58,074 nt of DNA from a virus (taxonomy: Duplodnaviria; Caudoviricetes). The position numbers and the translations under genes are program-made. The notes beneath the pieces were generated by a model, which was not told the origin of the DNA, did not search any database, and saw nothing but the letters and a program-made list of their open reading frames with translations. This document shows, one piece after another, positions 17,048 through 26,254 of the stretch (position 1 is the stretch's first letter; each line of letters starts with the position of its first letter). The stretch is taken from positions 1 through 58,074 of IMG/VR virus record IMGVR_UViG_3300025120_000055. One strand, written 5' to 3'.

Positions 17048-17395
17048 ATGAGTGAAGAATCTGTTGCTGAGCGTTTAATGAATGCTCTAATAACAAAAAT
17101 GGAAAATATGGATTCCGACCTCCAAGTAATAAAAGCCGAAAACGCTCGACTAAAACAAGCAGTGAAAGACCCTATCACCATGTTAAGAAAAGCAGGTTTT
17201 GTTTCTGCTGCCACACCATTAAGTCAAGATGTCTCAACTGATGGATTTAGAGGAGATGTAGGGGTGGAAAACAACATGGATTCTGCTCTACTAAAAAGCC
17301 AAAACGAGTATACTAACAATGAAATCCACCTAATGTCGTGGGAAGAAATTCATGAAATGGCTGAACAAGCCAAATCAACCGAGGTGATACAATGA
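17048..17395 (+). CDS. Small coiled-coil protein, scaffold-like paralogue
   Basis: AAGGTGAATAAATG start context; N- and C-termini resemble the scaffold region of 23613-25001 (MSWEEIH vs MTWEEVH). Confidence 0.7.
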   Translation: MSEESVAERLMNALITKMENMDSDLQVIKAENARLKQAVKDPITMLRKAGFVSAATPLSQDVSTDGFRGDVGVENNMDSALLKSQNEYTNNEIHLMSWEEIHEMAEQAKSTEVIQ

Positions 17396-18144
17396 AGCCA
17401 ATACCATCCCTAATAAGCAGACAAGCCCTAGACCTAATGAACAAAGCACAAGAACTAAGTGAAAGAATTAACATTTTCAAAGGAAAAGACTGTTGTTCTC
17501 AAATGACCAAGATGGGAACTTGTAAAAGTAGTTGTAATTCTATGGATAAAGATAAGAAAGATAAACAATTTTCTATTGCTGACTCTTTAGCACAAGATGC
17601 TGGTAAAGTTGCACCGGATGAATTTATGCCGGGAAGAAATATGCCAAAATTCAAACCCGGAGAAGATGCTAAACCCATGGGTGAAGCAGCAGAACTAGGA
17701 GGTAAAAATGAAAAACCTGAAAAAGAAATCTCTACTAAGCCAAGCGAAGGAAAACCTCGTGACCAAAAGCGTGGAGAAGCAGGTCGTGGTGTAAAGGTAA
17801 AGCGCCCCGGTTTCCGTGGTACTGAAGCCATGCCCTTAACTGATGCATCCGCTACTGGAACTAAAATGGAAAAAGCAGTAACAGAAGGCTCTCAACCCGG
17901 ATTTACTACAGCCTACGATTCAACACCTCAAGGTGTTATGTTTATGTCTGAAACTGGTGGTCAAACAAGAAACGCCTACTACACTACAAATCAATATCCA
18001 TACAACGCTCAAGATGTCGCTAACAAAGGTGCTACATCAGTGCAAGTAAGTCTTGACAAATTAGCCTCTATGTTGAACCCGCATGAAGGCGGAGGAGTCA
18101 GCCGTCTTGATGATGGCGGGGTATTGAGAGACAACCCCTATTAA
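17392..18144 (+). CDS. Hypothetical low-complexity protein, putative head protein
   Basis: 250 aa; GAGGTGAT RBS; IFKG and MEKA motifs flank a charged linker. Confidence 0.65.
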   Translation: MKPIPSLISRQALDLMNKAQELSERINIFKGKDCCSQMTKMGTCKSSCNSMDKDKKDKQFSIADSLAQDAGKVAPDEFMPGRNMPKFKPGEDAKPMGEAAELGGKNEKPEKEISTKPSEGKPRDQKRGEAGRGVKVKRPGFRGTEAMPLTDASATGTKMEKAVTEGSQPGFTTAYDSTPQGVMFMSETGGQTRNAYYTTNQYPYNAQDVANKGATSVQVSLDKLASMLNPHEGGGVSRLDDGGVLRDNPY

Positions 18145-18156
18145 GGGGGCGATTGA

Positions 18157-21100
18157 TTGATTGAAACACCTACTGACTGGTATTATAGAAGTAGAAATGA
18201 ACTTCTAAAATCTGTGTTAGACGGCCATGATTGGTTAAACTCATTAGGTGAGTATAAATTTGCTAAGATGAATTTAGAAGCACACAATGAGATAATACCA
18301 CAAACGACATTAGATGATATAACTAACTCTATTCTAAAAGCAGCCAATGAGCAAACTTTTGAAAGAGGCGCTGAAATGCGCTTAGGTTCACATCCTTGGC
18401 AGAATAGAGTTCGTGAAAGAGTCTTACATGAAGTAGCGGCGTCGTATCCCCATGTTGAGTTTGCACAAGGCCAGCACTTTGCTGAATCTCATCCTCATCA
18501 TCCGAAGCATCACCCTCTTCGTCAAAAAAATACCATCACTGGTAGGTCGAAAATGATAGAAAAATTAAGACAATTCTACTTACCTTCTGCACCGGGTGAA
18601 AGAAGTTTGTCATACGACTATAAGATGGCTGAAAGAGGGAAAGAACAGTTAGAGCGTAAAAATGAAAATCCTTCTGTTATAGGTAAAAAAAGATTCGACA
18701 CTAACGAAAATAAAGAAGTAGAACATCATAATTTCTTAGGCCCATTAAATGACCATTATCTACATGATATTTATTATGATAATTTTTTGGAGTGGCAAAG
18801 AAATAATCCTGACACTGTAAAAGAAATGATAGAAAAGTTTCCTAAACCGGAAGAACATGAGCATGCTTTACAATTAAAACACTTTGAAGAGTTTGCTGAT
18901 AGTTTAGAGAGTGACCAAAATCATGGGACACTTTACGACCCAAAAGAAAATTTAACTGAAGCAGAAATTCAAGAGATAACATATAGTGGTGATTTTGAAT
19001 CTTTAACCCCTTTTCCAATTAAAGAAGGTTTAGGTTATGATGGTTACTTGTATGGTCTTGAGTTTCTTCCACCTATTGATAGATTCAAAGTGCTAAAACA
19101 CCTTCATGAAAAAGGAACAGATGCTCATGATGCTCAAACTATACAACTATCAAATGGTAAAACAATAAGTGCTGGTAGGATAAAAAGAAATCTTGCTCAA
19201 CGATTTACTGGTGAGTTTGACCGCTATATGCGACCTCAACACATGCATGGAGCGAATGTTAAGAAACACTATGAAACAATAGATGACGACCCAAGAGATA
19301 GCGATAGAGTCATGAAGCAATCATTACTCGATGCTATGAGATTAGTTCCTCATGAAGAAGGTAGCACTATTAGTGTATACGATAAATTACTAGAGCAGTA
19401 TAATACTATGTTGAATAATCATAGAGATGAGGGTACAGAAAGTAGTCTTACTCATTTACCAATTAGAGGAATGATGCAAGGTAGAAAAATAAACAAAGGT
19501 GCTATTCAGCACCCAACTAGTCATGGAGAAGGTATACTTCAAGAATTACAAACTTTAGATGATGACCCGTTTACATTTACAGATTTGAATACTATGTTAG
19601 GTTTGTTAGGATACAATAGTGACATGACTGCTATGGATAATCATCCGTTATTACTAGACTTTGAAAACCCGTTGGTAGACCATGATAAAGTAAAAGAAAT
19701 TATCATGAAGGCTCAAGATATGTCGCAAGTATATCAACAACAAAAACCAATTCGTAATCACGATTTCTTCCATCATGGTGGAAAGAATGGCCCTGATATT
19801 AACGATATTCCTGAAGAAGAAAGAGAGCATTACCTCACAGATGACGAAGGTAACATCATAGGATTAGGGGCACACTTTGCTGATGAGTTCCATCATCAAG
19901 GTGGTATGGGAAGAAATGTTTTACATTACTTAGAAATGATGCACGACTCTCTACCAAAAGACAATAATGGGTATTCTATTATTGGTAGAGTAGATGGAGG
20001 AGAATTAATTCCTAATCCAAAAACAGTAGGACTATGGGGAAGATATCTCCCCTCATTATTTTCTAAAGATAGTGGAACTCATCAAGGCCCACACGGTATT
20101 TCATCTCTTTGGGACTCTTCTAGTCATATAAGAACTAAACCAAGAAATAACAAAAATCTACCTCATAGGCAAATGTCGTCTTTGATAGGTGGTTATACTA
20201 ACTTAGTTAGATATATGACTGATAATGAAAGAAAACAATACTTCAGTGTAGGTCAATCTAACAGGGGAGAGTTAGGTGGTAGGAATTTCTTTACTACAAA
20301 TCCTATCAACGCAATAGGTGGTAAGGGTGGTAAGGCTACTCAGACCATAAACAATCAAATCCACAGTGGGAGATTAATTACTTCGGGTGGAAGATATCAT
20401 CCGCCTCATGAGCCAATGAAAAAGAAACAACGCCTTGGAAGAAAAGATATCCGTGCTGATTCAAAATTAGCCCATAGTGAAGGTAACTTAACAACATACA
20501 GAACTATACAAGGGCATAAGAAATTAGCAGGTAAAGATTTACCTCTTACTAATCAACAACAACAACAAATTGATGAATTAGACCAAAAGTATGATGAAAT
20601 AAGTAATATAATAATGAATTTTGAAGAAGGTTCTGAAGAATATGGTAATCTTAATTTTCAATTACATGATATAGAAGGTAAAATTGAAGAAATAAATAAT
20701 CAGGCTGCTAAAGAGAATAAAAATTCCTATAATCAAATATCTGATAACGCTCAGATAAAAGATGAAAAAGACCATGAAGCCATAATGATTATGGCGAAAA
20801 AATTAAGACCTGAGTTTTTGAAGAAAGACCCTGATGCGTTTAATCCTGAGATGCCTGACAAGTTCTTAGCCAACACTTCTCGTTTGATGAGAGATGCTAA
20901 TATGGCTTTATTGAGATTACCTCATTCGGTACATGGACTATTTACTCATGGATATGGAGAATATGAAGATGTTCATCAAAGCGCTGCTGAGTTATTAACA
21001 GATGATGAAGATGAAGTTGTATCACCACATCACACTATTGCTAGTGTTCTAGGTAATGCTGGTAAACTAATTGAACCTACCATGTCGCTAGCAAAAGTTA

Positions 21101-23571
21101 GAGAGTTACTAAATTTACCTGATGATGATGCACATAATGATATGATTGAAAGATTGTTAGAAGGTCGAATGTCTCCTGTTAAAGTTTTAAAACACGGTGA
21201 TTTGTTAGGCACTGGGGTTAGTTTTGCTGGTGAAGAGGCTAACAGTATGTTTACTACAGACGACCATCATTCAGTAATAAATGGTATATTAGATGAGCAT
21301 ATTTCATCAAGACCTCACCACACTGATTATTCTCGAAGGGCGAGTGCTGACAAAAAATTCGGTAGAAACTTAGGTGAAAAATATGCAAAACATCTTGGCT
21401 TAATAGACAGATTGTTTAGACCTAATCAACAAAACCAATTAGACATGCATGGTTTATCTCGTGTTCAATTATCTCATCGTGATGGTGAATATGGTACAGG
21501 TAAGAATGCGCTTGGAGCAACAACAGGCGATATAGATGGGCCAGTAAATAGAGCCAAGAGTTTAGTTCATGACCTTTATTTGTTCGACTCTCAAGAAGCA
21601 CAGACCATGGATAAAGTAGTCGCCCCTGCTACAAAAGTCAAACTGGCTGGTTATAGGTCACAACCTATTCACCCAGCCACTTCTACAGGTGCATCAGTTC
21701 AAGACATGTATATTTCAGGTGGTATGGATAGTGGATATCCAATGACACCATCAGTCGGTATGGAGTTCCCCGGTAACAAAAAGGCTGTAGCCGGAACAAA
21801 TACAGAAGAGCAATTCTTACATTCTATCCCTGAAGAAGTGATGAATGACCTCCATGGTGAAGAGGCCGTGCAACAGGTCTTATCATCTAATTATCAAGTT
21901 CCAGTTAACACTACTAATATGAGTAGAACAAATGTAATGGCGCTACCAGCCAACTCCGATATGTCGTTGTTTACAGCAAGCGACCCTACTGAAACTCTTA
22001 CCGTATTGATGAATCCTGAAGCATTGTTAAAAGAAGATAAATCAAAACCACCACCCATTCTACCTATGCATAGAATATTTTCTTTGAAAGATTTTGATGC
22101 ACTTAGAGGATTTAGTGGGGATTGGGTTGTATCATCTTTCTATGATGGTGAGAGAATGATAATCACTAGAAAGAGTAACAAAGTTTCTGCTTACGATGAA
22201 AGTAACGATAATGTAATGTTAACTACTGATGATAAAAAACACTTGAAAGCACTAACTGAGAAAAACTTCATGGTAGACGCTGTTAGAATGAAAAACAATA
22301 TCCATCTCATAGATATCCTAGAATATGATGGGACTAACATAGCAGATATGACCGTAAAAGAGAGATTGAAAGTTCTTCGAGGTCAATTTGACAGTCATGA
22401 GCATGTATTAGTTCCCAGCCCGTTTGATACAAGAATTACTGAAGATGGTGGTTTAAAGTCTACTGTTGAGAATTTACAAAACGAACATAAGCAACTATTA
22501 CTTCGTGATGCTAACTCTACATACATGCGTGGTGAGCGTAGACATCCTAAGTGGTTTTTACTTCGTAAGAACAAGAATGTTAGTTTCATTATATTAGATG
22601 TTAGAGGTAAAGGCCCGTACACTTATCGCTTAGGGGCAGGGCCACTTGACTCCGAAGGCTTTGGTAATAGAGGTGTAGATTATGAAGGTAAACAATATCT
22701 TGATGTTGGAACAATCAAAAGCCCTAAGCCATTCAACGAAGGTGATACTGTGTCTATATCTGTATCGGGTGTTAAGAAAAGAAATCGAAATGGTAAAACA
22801 TTGTATGATGTAACCTCCTCAAAGATAGTAGGAGAAGCAGAAGCAGAAAGCCCTGCGAGCCTAGAGACTCTATCTTTACTAGCAAAATCCCACCCTGTGA
22901 TACCAGTGGTGTATGATATAGTCCTCAAAGAAAATGAAATATCAGTCGTTTTTGAGGGGTTAGACGAGGTAGTTTACAAAGCAGAATCATCTCATACTGG
23001 TAATTGGGTACACTCTCCTAAATCAATAATAGGTGAATTAAGTCATTCTGATTATACTTTACAGTTGGCTGAAAGCGTTAGACCACTATGGAGTCAGGCT
23101 GTATCTTTGATGTTAAAAGGTGTGGATAAGAAAAAAGATAGTGTAGTTGAAGAGATTATTCCTCAACCCACATATCATTCAATGCATGATAAGAAAAATA
23201 GAGAACATAGTGAAGAACAGTCACATGGTATAATAGATGCTGATGATGAGAAAAACCTACTCAAAGTAAAGATGCTAAAGACTCTAAGTAGAATAGCAGA
23301 TTTTTCAGATAGAATTGATGCTTTACAAAAAGAAAAAATGTCAGGTGGCCCCGGTGCTCGTGGTATGGGTATCAATGTTGGAAGCGCTATAGAATCACCA
23401 AGAGGCCCAACTAGTCTTACCAGTGAAGAGAGTGTACCTGATTGGGATATGATTGAGCGACCAACTGAAGACCCCGAAGAAGAATACCCAATTGCCATGA
23501 TGAGGAGACTTAAGCAGAAAAATGCTAAGCAGTCTCCTACTTATGAAGCAGAATCAGATTATGAGGCATAG
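18157..23571 (+). CDS. 1804-aa multidomain protein with degenerate ATP-dependent DNA ligase (adenylation + OB) domain near the C-terminus
   Basis: WVVSSFYDGER, IDILEYDGTNIADMTVKERLKVL, LLLRDANSTYMRGERRHPKWFLLRK, then an OB-like region (YRLGAG...YLDVG); His-rich N-terminal ~1290 aa unassigned. Confidence 0.8.
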   Translation: MIETPTDWYYRSRNELLKSVLDGHDWLNSLGEYKFAKMNLEAHNEIIPQTTLDDITNSILKAANEQTFERGAEMRLGSHPWQNRVRERVLHEVAASYPHVEFAQGQHFAESHPHHPKHHPLRQKNTITGRSKMIEKLRQFYLPSAPGERSLSYDYKMAERGKEQLERKNENPSVIGKKRFDTNENKEVEHHNFLGPLNDHYLHDIYYDNFLEWQRNNPDTVKEMIEKFPKPEEHEHALQLKHFEEFADSLESDQNHGTLYDPKENLTEAEIQEITYSGDFESLTPFPIKEGLGYDGYLYGLEFLPPIDRFKVLKHLHEKGTDAHDAQTIQLSNGKTISAGRIKRNLAQRFTGEFDRYMRPQHMHGANVKKHYETIDDDPRDSDRVMKQSLLDAMRLVPHEEGSTISVYDKLLEQYNTMLNNHRDEGTESSLTHLPIRGMMQGRKINKGAIQHPTSHGEGILQELQTLDDDPFTFTDLNTMLGLLGYNSDMTAMDNHPLLLDFENPLVDHDKVKEIIMKAQDMSQVYQQQKPIRNHDFFHHGGKNGPDINDIPEEEREHYLTDDEGNIIGLGAHFADEFHHQGGMGRNVLHYLEMMHDSLPKDNNGYSIIGRVDGGELIPNPKTVGLWGRYLPSLFSKDSGTHQGPHGISSLWDSSSHIRTKPRNNKNLPHRQMSSLIGGYTNLVRYMTDNERKQYFSVGQSNRGELGGRNFFTTNPINAIGGKGGKATQTINNQIHSGRLITSGGRYHPPHEPMKKKQRLGRKDIRADSKLAHSEGNLTTYRTIQGHKKLAGKDLPLTNQQQQQIDELDQKYDEISNIIMNFEEGSEEYGNLNFQLHDIEGKIEEINNQAAKENKNSYNQISDNAQIKDEKDHEAIMIMAKKLRPEFLKKDPDAFNPEMPDKFLANTSRLMRDANMALLRLPHSVHGLFTHGYGEYEDVHQSAAELLTDDEDEVVSPHHTIASVLGNAGKLIEPTMSLAKVRELLNLPDDDAHNDMIERLLEGRMSPVKVLKHGDLLGTGVSFAGEEANSMFTTDDHHSVINGILDEHISSRPHHTDYSRRASADKKFGRNLGEKYAKHLGLIDRLFRPNQQNQLDMHGLSRVQLSHRDGEYGTGKNALGATTGDIDGPVNRAKSLVHDLYLFDSQEAQTMDKVVAPATKVKLAGYRSQPIHPATSTGASVQDMYISGGMDSGYPMTPSVGMEFPGNKKAVAGTNTEEQFLHSIPEEVMNDLHGEEAVQQVLSSNYQVPVNTTNMSRTNVMALPANSDMSLFTASDPTETLTVLMNPEALLKEDKSKPPPILPMHRIFSLKDFDALRGFSGDWVVSSFYDGERMIITRKSNKVSAYDESNDNVMLTTDDKKHLKALTEKNFMVDAVRMKNNIHLIDILEYDGTNIADMTVKERLKVLRGQFDSHEHVLVPSPFDTRITEDGGLKSTVENLQNEHKQLLLRDANSTYMRGERRHPKWFLLRKNKNVSFIILDVRGKGPYTYRLGAGPLDSEGFGNRGVDYEGKQYLDVGTIKSPKPFNEGDTVSISVSGVKKRNRNGKTLYDVTSSKIVGEAEAESPASLETLSLLAKSHPVIPVVYDIVLKENEISVVFEGLDEVVYKAESSHTGNWVHSPKSIIGELSHSDYTLQLAESVRPLWSQAVSLMLKGVDKKKDSVVEEIIPQPTYHSMHDKKNREHSEEQSHGIIDADDEKNLLKVKMLKTLSRIADFSDRIDALQKEKMSGGPGARGMGINVGSAIESPRGPTSLTSEESVPDWDMIERPTEDPEEEYPIAMMRRLKQKNAKQSPTYEAESDYEA

Positions 23572-23574
23572 GGT

Positions 23575-23585
23575 TTTATTAATAT
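23575..23585 (+). promoter_or_regulatory. Possible archaeal TATA box upstream of protease/MCP genes
   Basis: ttttattaata about 30 nt before the GTG at 23613, in one of the few intergenic gaps. Confidence 0.35.
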
Positions 23586-23612
23586 AGGTAAACAAATAGA
23601 GAAGGAATTAGT

Positions 23613-25001
23613 GTGCTACGAACAAAGCGGAGAGAACTTGAACTGCTCAAAGGGTCTAACGACCTTATTGTTGCAGGTTATGCCTCAGTTGAACTAGTAG
23701 ACAAACAAGGAGATTTAATTACAAGGTCAGCATTGAAAGACGCTTTCAAAAAATTCATGTCAGACCCCATGTACAGGAATGTTCAATTAGCGCACTCAAA
23801 TATTCAAGTTGGAGAAGTAATATCAAATTATACTGACAATCAAGGGAGGTTATGGAAAAGCGAAGTTGACGATGCTGGAATGTTTGTTGTAGTAAAATTA
23901 CGAAACGACATTGAGAAAGCACGAGAAGTAGCATCCGAGATACGAAAAGGAAATCTAACAGGATTTAGTATCGGAGGTCAAGCATTCAAAAGAGTTAACA
24001 AAAGCGATAAAAACCATGGCTCTTATCAAGAAATCTCAAAATTAGAATTACACGAAATAACAATATGCGAAAAAGGAATAAACCCGGAAGCCACATTCAA
24101 TATACTAAAAGAAGATAAAAAAAACAAGGTGAATAAAATGACTGATGAAGTAATGGAACAAATGAACGATGTACTAACCCGCTTAGAAGGGCGACTTGAC
24201 TCTATGGAAAAAGGTGAAATGCCACCCGGACTCAAAGAGCACATGAAGAACAAAAAAGGTAAGAAAGACCACGACGATGACGACGATAAAAAAGACGACA
24301 AAGAGAAGGGTAACTACATGAAAGATGAAGATGACGACGATAAAAAAGACGGCAAAAAGAAGTCTGAATATTCTGATGTTATCACTGCTGAATACCTAGA
24401 TTGGATGGAACATACTCTAAAGTCTGCTGGTGTTGACACTGGCGCTGCTCGTACTCACTTTGATACAGTAGCAAAAGCAAACCTTGGTTCTACCCCTGAA
24501 GATATAGGAGACGGTGCTAACTACTTTGCAGGACAAGTAAAAGGTCGTGTTCAAGAAGGTGGCAGCCCATCTACCAACGCTATCCAGCGTGCTGGTCTAA
24601 GTGGCAAAGGTGGAAAAGTTGAGAAATCTGATTTCATTAACGCTTCTCAAGTAGATTCTCACAGATTAGAAGAAGCATACGGTGTCTTTAAGGCTGCAAA
24701 GCAAGAAGAAGAGTTCCGTAAGTCTCTTGAACAGAACTTTGAGGGTCGTTTCGCACAAGAAAATCAAGCAGAAATAGCAAAAGCACAAGCACAAAACTTC
24801 GACGCTCGTGCTCCTCTTGATGAAGTTATGAAGGCTCTTGGGGCACTCAATGACCGAATCGACAACATCTCTAGCGGTGCTGGCGAAACAATCGCAAAAT
24901 CTGCTGGTTCCAATGTTGAAGTACCAAGTACACAAGACTTGGCTAACATGACATGGGAAGAAGTACATCAACTCGCTGGAGGATTATACCGAGGCGAGTG
25001 A
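23613..25001 (+). CDS. HK97-type prohead protease fused to scaffold protein
   Basis: IVAGYASVELVDKQGDLI, LAHSNIQVG (catalytic His), GFSIGG (catalytic Ser), LELHEITICEKGINPEATF; charged coiled-coil C-terminal half. Confidence 0.93.
   Translation: MLRTKRRELELLKGSNDLIVAGYASVELVDKQGDLITRSALKDAFKKFMSDPMYRNVQLAHSNIQVGEVISNYTDNQGRLWKSEVDDAGMFVVVKLRNDIEKAREVASEIRKGNLTGFSIGGQAFKRVNKSDKNHGSYQEISKLELHEITICEKGINPEATFNILKEDKKNKVNKMTDEVMEQMNDVLTRLEGRLDSMEKGEMPPGLKEHMKNKKGKKDHDDDDDKKDDKEKGNYMKDEDDDDKKDGKKKSEYSDVITAEYLDWMEHTLKSAGVDTGAARTHFDTVAKANLGSTPEDIGDGANYFAGQVKGRVQEGGSPSTNAIQRAGLSGKGGKVEKSDFINASQVDSHRLEEAYGVFKAAKQEEEFRKSLEQNFEGRFAQENQAEIAKAQAQNFDARAPLDEVMKALGALNDRIDNISSGAGETIAKSAGSNVEVPSTQDLANMTWEEVHQLAGGLYRGE
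24138..25001 (+). CDS. Putative nested in-frame scaffold protein
   Basis: In-frame ATG at 24138 preceded by AAGGTGAATAAA, just after the protease domain ends. Confidence 0.6.
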   Translation: MTDEVMEQMNDVLTRLEGRLDSMEKGEMPPGLKEHMKNKKGKKDHDDDDDKKDDKEKGNYMKDEDDDDKKDGKKKSEYSDVITAEYLDWMEHTLKSAGVDTGAARTHFDTVAKANLGSTPEDIGDGANYFAGQVKGRVQEGGSPSTNAIQRAGLSGKGGKVEKSDFINASQVDSHRLEEAYGVFKAAKQEEEFRKSLEQNFEGRFAQENQAEIAKAQAQNFDARAPLDEVMKALGALNDRIDNISSGAGETIAKSAGSNVEVPSTQDLANMTWEEVHQLAGGLYRGE

Positions 25002-25006
25002 AACTC

Positions 25007-25044
25007 AGGACAATAAAAAAAAATATGGAGAGATAAATATGGCA
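25007..25044 (+). promoter_or_regulatory. Conserved leader/RBS, copy 1 (before MCP)
   Basis: aggacaataaa...atggagagataaatATGGCA; the 20 nt at 25025-25044 are identical to 26235-26254. Confidence 0.75.
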
Positions 25045-26211
25045 AGAAATTATGTAAGAACAGTAACAGACATGGAAAGATACTACTACGGAGCAGGTAA
25101 CTCAATGGGCTATACCTACACAGGAAGCGAACTATTGAAGTCCGATGCACCAATGCTCAGCACAACTGCTGGAACATACCAAGCAATCTACGGTAGAAAA
25201 GTTTGGTCACAACTAAACCAAGAATTTAACGCATTTTCAATTCTACCTAAGAAACCATGGGAAAGAAGTGGATGGAGAGTTATCACAGCAAAGCCAAACG
25301 GTGGAGCAGTTCACGGTGGAATAGCAGAAAACGGTACACTACCTGAAACTGTCAAACCAACCTTCCAACATGTAGCAGCAAAACCAAAGACAATCGCTCA
25401 CTCATTCGATGTAAGCGAAGTCGCAGTATTCCTTGCTGACAAAGATGACGGTATGGGTGACATGCGCTCAGTTCTAAAAGAAGAAATGGGTAAGCACCAC
25501 GCTGAAATGGTTAACCTAATGCTACTACAAGACACCAGCACAGTCGCTGGAAACAACTTTGAATCACTTGACAGAATCACTGCCGGTGACGGTGCAGGAA
25601 CAGGTCTAACTGGTCTAAGAACTACTGGCGGAAACGAGCATGTAGACGCAGCAGCAGACCTAGATATCTACAGTATTGACCGAAGTGCAAACGCTTGGTC
25701 ACATGCTGAGGTAAACTGCGCAGCAGACACTCAAGCAGCAAACAAGCGTGTTCTATCATTAGACCACCTAGACACAATCTTCCAACAAGTTTGGGAGCGT
25801 GGTGGTAATCCAAAGGTTATCCTAACTGGATATGATACTCTAATGAGACTACAACAACTTCTACAAGCACAACAAAGATTCATGGAAGAGAAGAGAGTTA
25901 CACCAACCTACAACGGTGTTAAGGGTGTTCCGGGTATTGAAGCCGGTTTCATCGTAGCAACCTACAATGGTGTACCAATCATCCCATCTAAGGATGTTGT
26001 CGATGCTGACGGACTAAGCAGAATGTACTTACTAGACACTGACTACATGTACTTCAGTACAGCAATACCAACTCAATACTTTGAGTCCGGTATCGAAACT
26101 GGTGACCCATTCGCAATCAACCGCCTCGGTCAAGAGGGACTTTACCGAACAATGGGTGAAATATGGACTACTTTCTTTGGAGCACAAGCAAGCATTCGTG
26201 ACTTGAAGTGA
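25039..26211 (+). CDS. Major capsid protein (HK97 fold)
   Basis: Directly after protease/scaffold; 390 aa; LPKKPW, GIAENGTLPET E-loop, FESLDRI, TYNGVPIIPSKDV, MYLLDTDY; high-expression codon bias. Confidence 0.93.
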   Translation: MARNYVRTVTDMERYYYGAGNSMGYTYTGSELLKSDAPMLSTTAGTYQAIYGRKVWSQLNQEFNAFSILPKKPWERSGWRVITAKPNGGAVHGGIAENGTLPETVKPTFQHVAAKPKTIAHSFDVSEVAVFLADKDDGMGDMRSVLKEEMGKHHAEMVNLMLLQDTSTVAGNNFESLDRITAGDGAGTGLTGLRTTGGNEHVDAAADLDIYSIDRSANAWSHAEVNCAADTQAANKRVLSLDHLDTIFQQVWERGGNPKVILTGYDTLMRLQQLLQAQQRFMEEKRVTPTYNGVKGVPGIEAGFIVATYNGVPIIPSKDVVDADGLSRMYLLDTDYMYFSTAIPTQYFESGIETGDPFAINRLGQEGLYRTMGEIWTTFFGAQASIRDLK

Positions 26212-26254
26212 GGACAATAAATAAATAATAAAACATGGAGAGATAAATATGGCA
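26211..26254 (+). promoter_or_regulatory. Conserved leader/RBS, copy 2
   Basis: aggacaataaa...atggagagataaatATGGCA duplicate of the MCP leader. Confidence 0.75.

Noticed and set aside
22033-22887. Active DNA ligase
   Set aside because: Motif I lysine and other catalytic residues are substituted, so it is called a pseudo-ligase
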